Below, piece by piece: positions 17,201 to 23,590 of a stretch of 24,000 nucleotides of DNA. Numbering within the stretch: the first letter of the stretch is position 1; each line of letters begins with the position of its first letter. Origin of the DNA: an uncultured Thermoplasmata archaeon (GTDB lineage: Archaea; Thermoplasmatota; Thermoplasmata; SG8-5); the NCBI GenBank assembly GCA_964354755.1, contig CAYHBA010000008.1, positions 62,725-86,724 of the forward strand, given 5' to 3'. The position numbers were made by a program, and so were the translations under genes. Under the pieces are notes generated by a model. The model did no database searches. It was given only the letters and a program-made list of their open reading frames with translations, and was not told where the DNA came from.

Positions 17201-17219
17201 TTGGACTGTGAATTGGTAA
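11259..17219 (+). CDS. Giant (1986 aa) secreted surface glycoprotein: signal peptide, family-5 solute-binding (OppA/DppA-like) domain, Ig-like domains, NosD-type parallel beta-helix repeats, duplicated C-terminal GWNLV module
   Basis: Signal peptide MKNLVAVGVCALLVLSGTVPLTSVA. Residues about 50-620 look SBP_bac_5-like (FYICFNLRKGAMTDVNFRRAVAYCVDKDYIV). Residues about 625-1315 hold several Big/invasin-like segments. Residues about 1318-1760 are PbH1-type repeats (NNTISMNNIGITLSG, ITGNIVSNNYDGICM), followed by GIGDTPY...DNYPL. I counted 38 N-X-S/T sequons by eye. There is no C-terminal TM segment. Confidence 0.85.
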   Translation: MKNLVAVGVCALLVLSGTVPLTSVAHNDLLANDDVANPAPAYFSPDEIKAGPLNDELKIALQDDMMDMNLWNPDTNSIWKTDQLQYNFEGLMAFNPDFELYPVLAGENPTGPNGADAWVSGDGMQISINLRQDAAFTDGKPFTSMDVVFSYQTAGWDIYASNVLNPLYHWDGTFAKYDGGTSHIGVEANGTYRVDFFLENPYSMFWYQTLSMPICPWHIWQNHTVSLDPGMHPGYNVTGESGLDYWYGNSLSETDATIGTGPFYLESWALGNGSVVKAYGDYWNKNGTVSCGGEEYPCYPKQVRTIIFEIIPQLDDSVAALRNGSVHHIAASLSPAYYNMMKIDPNIGFETPDSDGFFYICFNLRKGAMTDVNFRRAVAYCVDKDYIVDNIMDGYGSPGSVPISITSQIYVNTSVPDWIAEGNLTKAMMLLDASGYVDYDGDGWRDMPDHSPLRYDILTPPMDYDPVRANAGILIESKLRAVGLNVASVPTDFDTIVSSGYVSLDFDMFILGWSVGLFPETYLWDFFHGDSDIALNPYGTNAAGYHNASVDSMIDALQTEMDNDARAQLVKDICGATMMDVVYDTLYYKKGIEAYLQDAWQGWLPVLGSIYNRFSVCNLTPPSYLYPSYGNLEVGVYVPDNIRAGANRTCYVLVTDNDQPVDNAHIVVQTNLGVTLDGYTNLGGCVEFDYHVPFAEGQAFFSANATKGVDTGGAFKVSSLFTDKSFASLSLSTQNGVVSPLGNTTVTARATDREGMGVPGALVDVDTALLFGSVDSAQKTTDSLGFANFTYTAPPASYMPNSNRYEQFRASVSVADTVVQEVQEACLVLAIANNVRDWHSVDIVNVDDYVISGNKAGTLQLTTDVTVSVVDATGASVIGTTVYVDTDNSVAIPDSPSHVTNGAGEVVFTLSAVDGTTSRSTKVDFHVNKMYSTSDCFLLLNHNETDPTGGYAADIDFEAKIEHGSSATVTATVYDETGNPAPGVPCQFFIPPTAEGIPGQFQGGDEWIWWEYGTDWDLGWSASYIGSWYGNNASMTDGTGRLVATISTPSFIADTLIPLEFGIGGYWVTETFNKTANNWWMEDYGDSGNWVPPTTDWSDGNYYWRAADFTLVDSAILWRGPAATMTDVNLGAPYLSSEDQTGTITMTFQNESGALANSNVKISEGIANPPLLDEGPTDGAGMRSYLYDSGTGQFDAGMGFTSMVTEPGYSQFPFTFYLPYVNLPDKCILTVEPSAKLVAPNGTVNFTARLTDIFGIPIAGATIWAGTLSNTTDALGIAGFSKTLAGAGIQNTSFTVTFGGKTGSMTAGVIVGEVFSLTTHLPIRINSNADFDEAHGVVNWATGNGTQGNPWIIEGWDVNGTGYGYCIYIGNTTEHFIVSNCYLHEASGFMSPFYFFNQGLILYHTTNGTIENIIAYGNGLGVQLCYSPGNDVINNSVISNVNEGIWIHDSRDVLVSGNNVTSNEYGIDITISDGAFVVNNTASNNNVGISASQSDAIIVNNIATMNLESGISVGGPDSIYFINNNTISMNNIGITLSGTIGVTVKDNAMLGNSMFISGVLEHWNSHDIDVTNTVNGKPVRYWKNQVGGTVPPGAGQVILANCMNVTVEGQNLINGSVGILMGLSVNNIITDNNASLNNLAGIYMNFHCNGNLITGNIVSNNYDGICMDPLCDGNTISNNTANSNSRSSIYLLVSDDNVICDNVISNSGIGVYLYVSEYNIIARNTFLYNGFGIYSYIASLNKINHNNFINNTEQAFDEDYNQWDDGYPSGGNYWSDYNGTDAYSGPGQNESGSDGIGDTPYLFTGDQDNYPLMTPWTPPVLLEFTIPLSPGWNLVSIPLEMASTDISTALASISGQYDVVKYYSSTDASDPWKTYRPGSPTNDLASIDRTMGLWIHGTAYCNLTVTGEIPATTQILLHAGWNLVGYPSMTEQTVANALWGTGAYMVEAFDPGSPYLISEIGPTYMMKPGEGYWIHVPADTVWTVNW

Positions 17220-17270
17220 GTCCAGCCCCCCTAAGTTGAATGCGGCTCTTTTAATTAACACATCTGAATC

Positions 17271-17338
17271 GTTCCGAGTGCCGAAGGCCTCGGATGGAGA
17301 TTAAAGAATCGAGCATCATGCGGCTCGGAACATTTTTG
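17271..17338 (+). terminator. Nested hairpin followed by a T5 run, candidate terminator of the giant ORF
   Basis: GTTCCGAG (17271-17278) pairs with CTCGGAAC (17324-17331). An inner hairpin is CCGAG-TGCCGAAGGC-CTCGG (17274-17293). ATTTTT follows directly at 17332-17337. Confidence 0.4.
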
Positions 17339-17539
17339 TAACAATTGTTGGATTCGTAAACATATTTTTAACATATTGAGAATCCGGCCCGATTGGGCGA
17401 TTTCGGAATGAAAACAATCAACACTGGCCGGCAATCGGTAATCCTCAAACACTCAAATTGCCGATGGCGCAAGGTATATCAATAAGAGTTTATTTACCAT
17501 GAAGCAGTGAGGGCAGGAGAATCCTACCTGTAATGTTAC

Positions 17540-17899
17540 ATGGCCAACATAGTAGCGCTCGAGGAAATATTGGACGACATCAAGTCCAAGGAAGGCGTGA
17601 CAGACGCGATACTTGTGTCCAGAAGCGGGATGCACATTGCCGGCAAGGTGCCGAAGGGCGCCCACGCGGAGACTTTCGTGGCAATGTCCGCCATCATGCT
17701 GGGCGCCGCTGAGACTTCCACATCCGAGCTCAAGGAAAAGCTCCGCATAGTCACGATCCTTCTGGAGCATTCCAAAGTCGCCATGGGCGTGGTGAGCTCC
17801 AAAGCCGTTCTGGTCCTCAGGACCGGCCTGAGCGATTCGGACGAGAAGCTCATAGAAATCCTAAAGTCGGCTGTGCCGAAATTCGAGAAGGCGCTGTAA
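17540..17899 (+). CDS. Roadblock/LC7 (MglB-like) domain protein
   Basis: The 119-aa product reads LEEILDDIKSKEGVTDAILVSRSGMHIAGKVPKGAHAETFVAMSAIMLGAAE. This is the typical Robl/LC7 pattern and size. Confidence 0.8.
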   Translation: MANIVALEEILDDIKSKEGVTDAILVSRSGMHIAGKVPKGAHAETFVAMSAIMLGAAETSTSELKEKLRIVTILLEHSKVAMGVVSSKAVLVLRTGLSDSDEKLIEILKSAVPKFEKAL

Positions 17900-17903
17900 A
17901 CTA

Positions 17904-17942
17904 CCAGCCCCTAAAGTAGCTGGAGTTTATCGCCGGGGCTGG
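17904..17942 (+). terminator. 8-bp inverted repeat (CCAGCCCC...GGGGCTGG) just after the Roadblock stop codon; possible terminator or 3' structure
   Basis: The perfect 8-bp arms at 17904-17911 and 17935-17942 enclose a 23-nt loop. A T6 run follows further downstream at about 18043. Confidence 0.3.
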
Positions 17943-18108
17943 AAGTTTACATGCATAGGCCATGCACCTAACTTATCAAAGCCATTTAGCTTTGATTTTA
18001 TGTACATATATCTGTACGGTGCATGGCGGTTTCCTACGTTTTTTACTGTTCATGCCGATTCATCTCAGCCCTGAAGGACTGAGCGTTCTCGGCATTTATT
18101 CAGTAGAA

Positions 18109-18771
18109 CTACATCTTTTTGAAGCCGCGGCCCACCCACATGGCGACGCTCACTGTGCGGTCCTTGAGGGCGGTGGTTGTCTTCCTGCTTTGGCCTCTGG
18201 CTTTGGTTCTTCCAGCTTTTATGGCTCTGAGCACGTCTTCCTCGGAAGAGGCGTCCGAGACTATGGTGAAAGCCCTGCCAATGGATGCCAGCTCGTGAGA
18301 GTCGCTGCCAGCTGTCCCGGGAAGACCCATTCTTCTCGCCAGCTTGCCAGCCAACATGTTTTCCCGAGCCGTGGAATGGGCATTCACTGTCTCGACAGCG
18401 TCGGGTTTTACCATCAACGTGGCCCCATCGCCGAGGCCTGACCAGAACCTGTAGGGATGGGGCACGACAGCCATTCCGCCCTGGGAATGTATCCTGTCCC
18501 TGGTCTCGGCAGGGTCGAGGTCCCTGGGTATCGCCTCGGATATGCCGTAGGCGAGTATGTGGCCGGCTGAGCTGGAAATCTCCATGCCTCCGACGATCAC
18601 GAGTTTGAATTCGGGCGCAATCTTCCTGGCTTCGATGCTGCCCGCTATAGTGTTATGGTCCGCGATGCAGAGTCCGTCGAGCCCGAGCCTCCTTGCCTGC
18701 TTCAGGATCTGCCTTGGCGCGGCATGCCCGTCCGCGGAATGCGAAGAATGCACATGCATGTCGAACTTCAT
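18109..18771 (-). CDS. PHP-domain metal-dependent phosphoesterase
   Basis: The 220-aa product begins MKFDMHVHSSHSADG...CIADHNTIAG...GSDSH, matching the PHP His/Asp metal-ligand motifs. Its start codon overlaps the metG stop (ATGA). Confidence 0.8.
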   Translation of the reverse strand: MKFDMHVHSSHSADGHAAPRQILKQARRLGLDGLCIADHNTIAGSIEARKIAPEFKLVIVGGMEISSSAGHILAYGISEAIPRDLDPAETRDRIHSQGGMAVVPHPYRFWSGLGDGATLMVKPDAVETVNAHSTARENMLAGKLARRMGLPGTAGSDSHELASIGRAFTIVSDASSEEDVLRAIKAGRTKARGQSRKTTTALKDRTVSVAMWVGRGFKKM

Positions 18772-20921
18772 TTTATCTTGGCTCCGGGCCCGACATTCTT
18801 GTCCGTGCCTATGGGTCTTCCCCCGACAGTGAGCGGGGAGTGCTGCCCGCCGGGCGACACGTATTCTGCGTTCCTGTCACGGCCTGTCTGAAGCTGGTAA
18901 GCCGCGAAGTCGCTTATCGTTATCTGGGGCGCCGGCACGGTTCCGTCCACCCTGTCACCCGGCGTTGCATCGGCCGGGGGCTGCAGAAGGCTCACGACAT
19001 CGCCCTCGCTGGCTGCAAGGAGCATGCCCTCGGACATCACTCCCCTCAGCTTGGCTGGCAGTAGGTTGCAGACGACTATTATCTTCTTGCCCGGGAAATC
19101 CTCAAGCGCATATTGCTTCTTGATGCCTGCGCACAGCTGCCTGGTCTCGCCGCCGACATCCACTGTCAGGACAACGAGCTTGTCCGCGTTCGGATGGTCG
19201 TTGGCTGTCTTTATCTCGCCCACCCTGAGGTCCAGCTTCCCCAGGCCTCCGGCTTGGGCGGACTCTGTCGCCTGCTCGGTCTTCCTGGCCTCCAATTTCC
19301 CTGCCTCGTCTGGCTCCAGTTTCCTGAACAGAGGCTTGGGCTCTGCAAGCTTCCTTCCGGATTTCGGCGGGACCAGCGCGTCCTCCCATTTCGCATCCAG
19401 GACCTTCCCGGATTCGCCCAGCGCCTCCCACAGCCTCTGGGACGAGAACGGCATGAAAGGCGCCATCATCACGGCCAGGGCTTTGGAGAGGCATATGGAT
19501 GTGTACAGTGTCGAGGCGCAGGCTTCCCTCGATTCCTTCAGCTGCCTCCACGGAGCCTTGGCGTCTATGTACTGGTTGCCGAACCTGGCGAGCTCCATTG
19601 CCCGCCTGATGGCATTCTTGAACTCGCATTTTTCAAGGTGCTGGCTTACTTCTTCCAGGGCCTTCTTCATCTCGGTGGCTGCCTCTGGCTCGGGAGTTCC
19701 GGCCGGAATCTCTCCGAAGTTCTTCTGCGCGAAGGAAAGTGCCCTGTGGACGAAATTCCCGTAAGTGGCAACCAACTCGCTGTTGTTTCTGGTGATGAAA
19801 TCGTCCCATGTGAAGTCCGTGTCCCTGTTCTCCGGCATGGTCGTGGCCATGAAGTACCGCATCGCGTCCGGGTCGAACCTGGCCACTATGTCCTTGATAT
19901 CTATGGAAATCCCGCGGGACTTGGAGAACTGCTCGCCGTCGTATTTCAGGTAGGCATTGGCAGGAACGTCGTAGGGCAGGTTCAGGCCCCAGTCCAGGGA
20001 TTTGAGAACCGCGGGCCAGAATATCGTGTGAAAGGGTATGTTGTCTTTCCCCAGGAAATAGTAATGCCTGCACTCGGGGTTCTTCCAGAAGCTCTCGAAT
20101 TTTTTCCTGTCGCCATCGGCCCACTTCACGGCCATGGTGTAATATCCCATGAAGGCCTCGAACCAGACATAGATGCGCTTGTCATCGTGCCCTGGCAATG
20201 GAATTTCAATGCCGTAGGTCGTATCCCTGGTGACGGGCCTGTCTTTCAGGCCGGATTCCAGATACTGCTTCGAGAAGTTGAGCACATGCGGCCTCCAGTG
20301 GGTCATCGGGGCCATCCATCCCTTGAGGAATTCCTCCTGGGCGCTGAGCCTGAAGAAGAAATGCTTCCGCTTCACGAACTCGGGCGTTGTCCCGCAGGTT
20401 ATGCACTTCAGGCCTATCAGCATGTCCGGGTCCATGAGCTTGCCGCATTTCTCGCACTGGTCTCCTCTCGCGTTTTCGAAATGGCAGTTCGGGCACTCGC
20501 CTTCAACGTATCGGTCTGGCAGCGTGCGGGCGCATTTCGGGCAGTAGGGCAGCTGCATTTCTTTCTCGTAGAGGAACTCCCTCTCCAGCAGCCTGAGGAA
20601 CAGCTTCCGGACCTCTGCCTTGTGCGTCCCGTCCTCGGTGCTCTCGAAAACGTCGAACTCTATGCCGAAATCCTTCAGGGCTTTCACATTCATCTCATGG
20701 TATTTCCGCGCCAGCTCCAGGGGGGCCATGCCCTCCTTCTCGGCCCTGACGGTGACGGGCGTGCCGTGCATGTCGCTGCCCGAGACCATGAGGACCTGGT
20801 TGCCTTTCATCCTGTGGTATTTCCTGAATATGTCGGGGGGAAGGTTGCAGCCTGCCATGTGGCCGACATGTATGGGGCCGTTCGCGTATGGCCAGGCAAC
20901 GCCGATGAATATCCTCTTCAT
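18768..20921 (-). CDS. metG: Methionine--tRNA ligase with a C-terminal Trbp111/EMAP-like tRNA-binding domain
   Basis: The ORF track extends to 21296, but the conserved N-terminus starts at MKRIFIGVAWPYANGPIHVGHMAG (ATG at 20921-20919, GGAGA 6 nt upstream). It has four CxxC zinc knuckles, KFSKSRG (KMSKS) and a C-terminal LDLRVGEIKTANDHPNADKL... Confidence 0.9.
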   Translation of the reverse strand: MKRIFIGVAWPYANGPIHVGHMAGCNLPPDIFRKYHRMKGNQVLMVSGSDMHGTPVTVRAEKEGMAPLELARKYHEMNVKALKDFGIEFDVFESTEDGTHKAEVRKLFLRLLEREFLYEKEMQLPYCPKCARTLPDRYVEGECPNCHFENARGDQCEKCGKLMDPDMLIGLKCITCGTTPEFVKRKHFFFRLSAQEEFLKGWMAPMTHWRPHVLNFSKQYLESGLKDRPVTRDTTYGIEIPLPGHDDKRIYVWFEAFMGYYTMAVKWADGDRKKFESFWKNPECRHYYFLGKDNIPFHTIFWPAVLKSLDWGLNLPYDVPANAYLKYDGEQFSKSRGISIDIKDIVARFDPDAMRYFMATTMPENRDTDFTWDDFITRNNSELVATYGNFVHRALSFAQKNFGEIPAGTPEPEAATEMKKALEEVSQHLEKCEFKNAIRRAMELARFGNQYIDAKAPWRQLKESREACASTLYTSICLSKALAVMMAPFMPFSSQRLWEALGESGKVLDAKWEDALVPPKSGRKLAEPKPLFRKLEPDEAGKLEARKTEQATESAQAGGLGKLDLRVGEIKTANDHPNADKLVVLTVDVGGETRQLCAGIKKQYALEDFPGKKIIVVCNLLPAKLRGVMSEGMLLAASEGDVVSLLQPPADATPGDRVDGTVPAPQITISDFAAYQLQTGRDRNAEYVSPGGQHSPLTVGGRPIGTDKNVGPGAKIK

Positions 20922-21044
20922 GCGCCTCTCCAATAAAGCCATAGGATTTAAATGTAATCGGTGAAAGCCTCCGGCCCGGGGACATTTATATTGAGCATAA
21001 ATATTTAATAGAATGAATGATATACACGCCTCCGAGGATGCATC

Positions 21045-21773
21045 ATGAGCGGGAAGGACGAGATTAGCGACATGCGCAAGTATTGTGCAGAATTCCTGGG
21101 CACGCTGGCCCTTGTGTTCTTCGGGTGCGGAAGCGCGGTCATCGCTGGAGCCTACATCGGCTTCCTCGGGATCGCATTGGCGTTCGGCATGGTTCTTTTG
21201 GTCCTGGCATATGCCATAGGGCCCATCTCGGGCTGCTTCGTGAATCCCGCGGTCACTGTCGCGATGCTGTTGGCCGGGAAGATAAAGCCAAAGCACGCCC
21301 TGGCTTACGTGGGCGTGCAGTGCCTGGGCGCAATTGCGGGCGCCGGTCTTCTGCTCGCAGTGGCCTCGGGAGTCTCCGGGTACGACATCGCCAGTGACGG
21401 CCTGGGCCAGAATGGGTTCGATTCGGCTTCGCCTGCAGGCTATGACATGACGTCAGCGTTCATCGCCGAGGTTTTCCTCACATTCTTCTTCGTGTACATT
21501 ATACTGAAGGTCACTTCGAAGTTCGCGTTCAAGGGATTCGAGGGCCTGGCCATAGGCTTCGCCCTGTTCCTCGCGCACATCGTGGGCATTCCGATAACCG
21601 GGACCTCCGTGAATCCGGCAAGGAGCCTGGGCCCCGCACTGTTCGTGCAGGGCACGGCAATGGACCAGCTATGGCTGTTCTGGGCCGCGCCTCTGGCCGG
21701 GGCGATGCTGGCCGCGATAATCTGGATGTACCTGACCAATCCGAATGAAGCGAAAGAAAAGTTCCGGATGTGA
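21045..21773 (+). CDS. aqpZ: MIP-family aquaporin (AqpZ/AqpM-like)
   Basis: Two NPA boxes (NPAVTV, NPARSL), six hydrophobic segments, and an N-terminus RKYCAEFLGTLALVFFGCGSAV like AqpZ. Met10 (21072) is a possible alternative start. Confidence 0.85.
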   Translation: MSGKDEISDMRKYCAEFLGTLALVFFGCGSAVIAGAYIGFLGIALAFGMVLLVLAYAIGPISGCFVNPAVTVAMLLAGKIKPKHALAYVGVQCLGAIAGAGLLLAVASGVSGYDIASDGLGQNGFDSASPAGYDMTSAFIAEVFLTFFFVYIILKVTSKFAFKGFEGLAIGFALFLAHIVGIPITGTSVNPARSLGPALFVQGTAMDQLWLFWAAPLAGAMLAAIIWMYLTNPNEAKEKFRM

Positions 21774-21777
21774 GAGG

Positions 21778-22917
21778 TCAGCGCAGGCATTCTCGCGCTA
21801 TGACCATTCTCTGGATTTCAGAGGTGCCCTCGTATATCTCCGTAATCTTTGCCTCGCGGAAGAACCGCTCGACAGCGTAATCCTTGGTGTAGCCGTAGCC
21901 CCCGTGAATCTGAAGGGCGTTGTTCGCAACTTCGACCGCAATCCTCGAGGCGTACAGCTTGGCCATGGCGCTCTCCTTTGACAGTTTCTGGCCTGTGTCG
22001 CTCAGGTATGCGGCCCTGAGCACGAGGAACCTTGCGGCAGCCACTTTCGTGGCCATCTCTGCCAGCATCCACTGTATCGCCTGGAATTTCCCTATGGGCT
22101 TGCCGAACTGCTCCCTCTCCTTTGCGTATTTCACGGCCTCATCCAGCGCACCCTGGGCTATACCCACTGCCTGGGCCGCTATGCCTATCCTGCTGCCGTC
22201 CAGGGTCATCATGCCGATTCTGAAGCCCGCGTTCAGCTCGCCCAGCATGTTCTCCCTCGGAATCGGGCAGTTCTCGAACACCAGTTCCGACGTGGCCGAC
22301 GCGCGCACGCCCATCTTGTCCTCGATAGTGCCGTAGGTGAAGCCGGGCGTTCCCTTCTCCACCAGGAATGCAGTGAGCCCCTTCGTTCCTTTCGAGGGCT
22401 CGGTCGAGGCAATGACCAGTACGACATCGGCCTCGCAGCCGGACGTGATGAATATTTTATTTCCATTTAAAATATAATTATCACCATCTAATATTGCCGT
22501 GGTCCTCACGGCTCCGGCGTCCGAACCAGCGCTCGGTTCGGTCAGTGCGAAGGCGCCCAGCTTCAGTCCCTTCGCCAGGGGTCTGAGGAATCTCTCCTTC
22601 TGGGCATCGGTGCCGAAGCGGTAAATCGGATGGCAGCAGACAGAGTTGTGCACGGCCATTATCACGCTCGTGGAGCCGCACACCCTAGCCAGCTCCTCGA
22701 TTGCCAGCATGTAGGATACAGAATCCGAGCCTGAGCCGCCCCATTCGCGGGGGACTGCCATGCCCAAGAGATTGAGCTGCCCCATCTTCTTCAGTATGGG
22801 CCACGGGAAATTCCCCTTTGCGTCCATTTCCTGTGCGACGGGTTTAATTTCCTTCTCGGCGAAATCCCTGACCATGGACCGGACCATGAGCTGCTCCTTG
22901 GAAAGGTCGAAGTTCAT
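21778..22917 (-). CDS. Acyl-CoA dehydrogenase (short/medium-chain type)
   Basis: The ORF opens at 22968, but the conserved start is MNFDLSKEQLMVRSMVRDFAEKEI (ATG at 22917-22915). ACAD motifs are present: GAFALTEPSAGSD, YILNGNKIFITSG, QIHGGYGYTKDYAVERFFREAKITEIYEGTSEIQ. Confidence 0.88.
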   Translation of the reverse strand: MNFDLSKEQLMVRSMVRDFAEKEIKPVAQEMDAKGNFPWPILKKMGQLNLLGMAVPREWGGSGSDSVSYMLAIEELARVCGSTSVIMAVHNSVCCHPIYRFGTDAQKERFLRPLAKGLKLGAFALTEPSAGSDAGAVRTTAILDGDNYILNGNKIFITSGCEADVVLVIASTEPSKGTKGLTAFLVEKGTPGFTYGTIEDKMGVRASATSELVFENCPIPRENMLGELNAGFRIGMMTLDGSRIGIAAQAVGIAQGALDEAVKYAKEREQFGKPIGKFQAIQWMLAEMATKVAAARFLVLRAAYLSDTGQKLSKESAMAKLYASRIAVEVANNALQIHGGYGYTKDYAVERFFREAKITEIYEGTSEIQRMVIARECLR

Positions 22918-22966
22918 CGGGCGGGAGAAACGCTGATACGTTAAAAATATTCCCAGTGCAAAAGAC

Positions 22967-22980
22967 AAAAGGTTAATATG
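22967..22980 (+). promoter_or_regulatory. TATA-box promoter of tRNA-Phe (AAAAGGTTAATATG)
   Basis: The TTAATAT box (22973-22979) lies 30 nt upstream of the tRNA 5' end. The tRNA-Gln promoter has the same box and spacing. Confidence 0.55.
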
Positions 22981-23009
22981 CGATTATCCGTTGCGCCAAT
23001 GTCCCGGAT

Positions 23010-23083
23010 GCGGTAGTAATTTAGCCTGGGTGAATGCTTGACTGAAGATCAAGATGTCGCTGGTTCAAATCCGGCCTACCGCA
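23010..23083 (+). tRNA. tRNA-Phe (anticodon GAA), 74 nt, no encoded CCA
   Basis: Manual cloverleaf. Acceptor stem GCGGTAG/CTACCGC with discriminator A. D-arm ATTT-AGCCTGGGT-GAAT. Anticodon arm CTTGA-CTGAAGA-TCAAG. Variable loop ATGTC. T-arm GCTGG-TTCAAAT-CCGGC. Confidence 0.9.
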
Positions 23084-23590
23084 CTCTGATTATTTTATGA
23101 TCAAATACGTGCGGTAGGCCTCTCACCGTCTATTGCATATTTATTGTTTCAAGTGAAGACGGCGATCCAGCCTACCGCCTGTGCAAGAGGTGGGAGTGCA
23201 CCGATATGGAGGCCTCTCTCAGCCTATTAATTCTAATATGAAAGAAGTGAAGGCTTCGATCCGACCTACCGCACTCTGATTATTTTATAATCAAATACGT
23301 GCGGTAGGCCTCTCGCCGCCTATTGTTTAGAAAATGTTTAGAGTGAAGGCAGCGATCCGGCCTACCGCCTGTGCAAGAGGTGGGAGTGCATAGATATGGA
23401 TAGGCCTCTCTCGGGTTTATTTATAAAATGCCAATAGTGAAGCCCTCGACACGGGCTAACTCACTTCGCTCGGATATGTAAAAAACGTGAGTTGGCCCTG
23501 TCTCGGCCTATCGCTTATAGAATAATAGAAATGAAGGCCTCGATCCGACCTACCGCACTCTGATTATTTTATGATCAAATACGGCGGTAA
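23057..23590 (+). repeat. Six-unit tandem array (period 94-96 nt) of hairpin units derived from the 3' end and trailer of tRNA-Phe
   Basis: Units start at about 23057 (inside the tRNA), 23153, 23247, 23343, 23437 and 23531. Shared frame: GTGAAG-N4-CGATCC-[arm]-[22-28 nt loop]-[complementary arm]-CTCTC-N4-CCTAT-[AT-rich block]. Families A (3 copies) and B (2 copies) alternate, and there is one divergent unit C. Confidence 0.85.

Noticed and set aside
19113-20936. 607-aa ORF on the plus strand, antisense to metG (plus other long overlapping ORFs at 19024-19764 and 19102-19629)
   Set aside because: They are shadow ORFs of the metG coding region. Their composition is skewed towards Arg/Pro/Gly/Leu and they carry no recognisable domain.
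20922-21296. N-terminal 125-aa extension of the metG ORF as listed in the track
   Set aside because: The conserved MetRS N-terminus starts at MKRIFIGVAWPYANG, with a GGAGA ribosome-binding motif just upstream. The extension runs through the divergent promoter and antisense into the aquaporin gene.
21771-21780. Aquaporin and acyl-CoA dehydrogenase converge with only 4 nt between their stop codons
   Set aside because: Tight convergent packing is common in compact archaeal genomes. There is no additional sequence signal to analyse.
22918-22968. 17-aa upstream extension of the acyl-CoA dehydrogenase ORF
   Set aside because: Family alignment from memory starts at MNFDLSKEQ. The extension (MSFALGIFLTYQRFSRP) is not ACAD-like.
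23153-23560. Micro-ORFs starting at the conserved (G/A)TGAAG of each unit (e.g. MKASIRPTAL, MKTAIQPTACARGGSAPIWRPLSAY, MKPSTRANSLRSDM)
   Set aside because: Lengths and C-termini are not conserved. The TATA-like boxes sit only about 8-20 nt upstream of these start codons, so transcription would probably begin downstream of them. A few synonymous-looking differences (GCT/GCC, CGG/CGA) stop me excluding the ORFs completely.
23057-23590. Reading the tRNA-Phe array as a CRISPR array
   Set aside because: The variable cores are not unique: the A loop occurs three times and the B loop twice. The repeat parts are too long and too divergent, and no cas genes are visible.
23057-23590. Reading the array units as split or circularly permuted tRNA genes, or as C/D-box or H/ACA sRNAs
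   Set aside because: Only about 18 nt of the tRNA 3' end and 7-8 nt of the 5' acceptor strand are present. No D-arm or anticodon-arm sequence follows the 5'-like arm. GTGAAG and CTGA do not match the C (RUGAUGA)/D box arrangement or spacing, and no ACA box is placed correctly.
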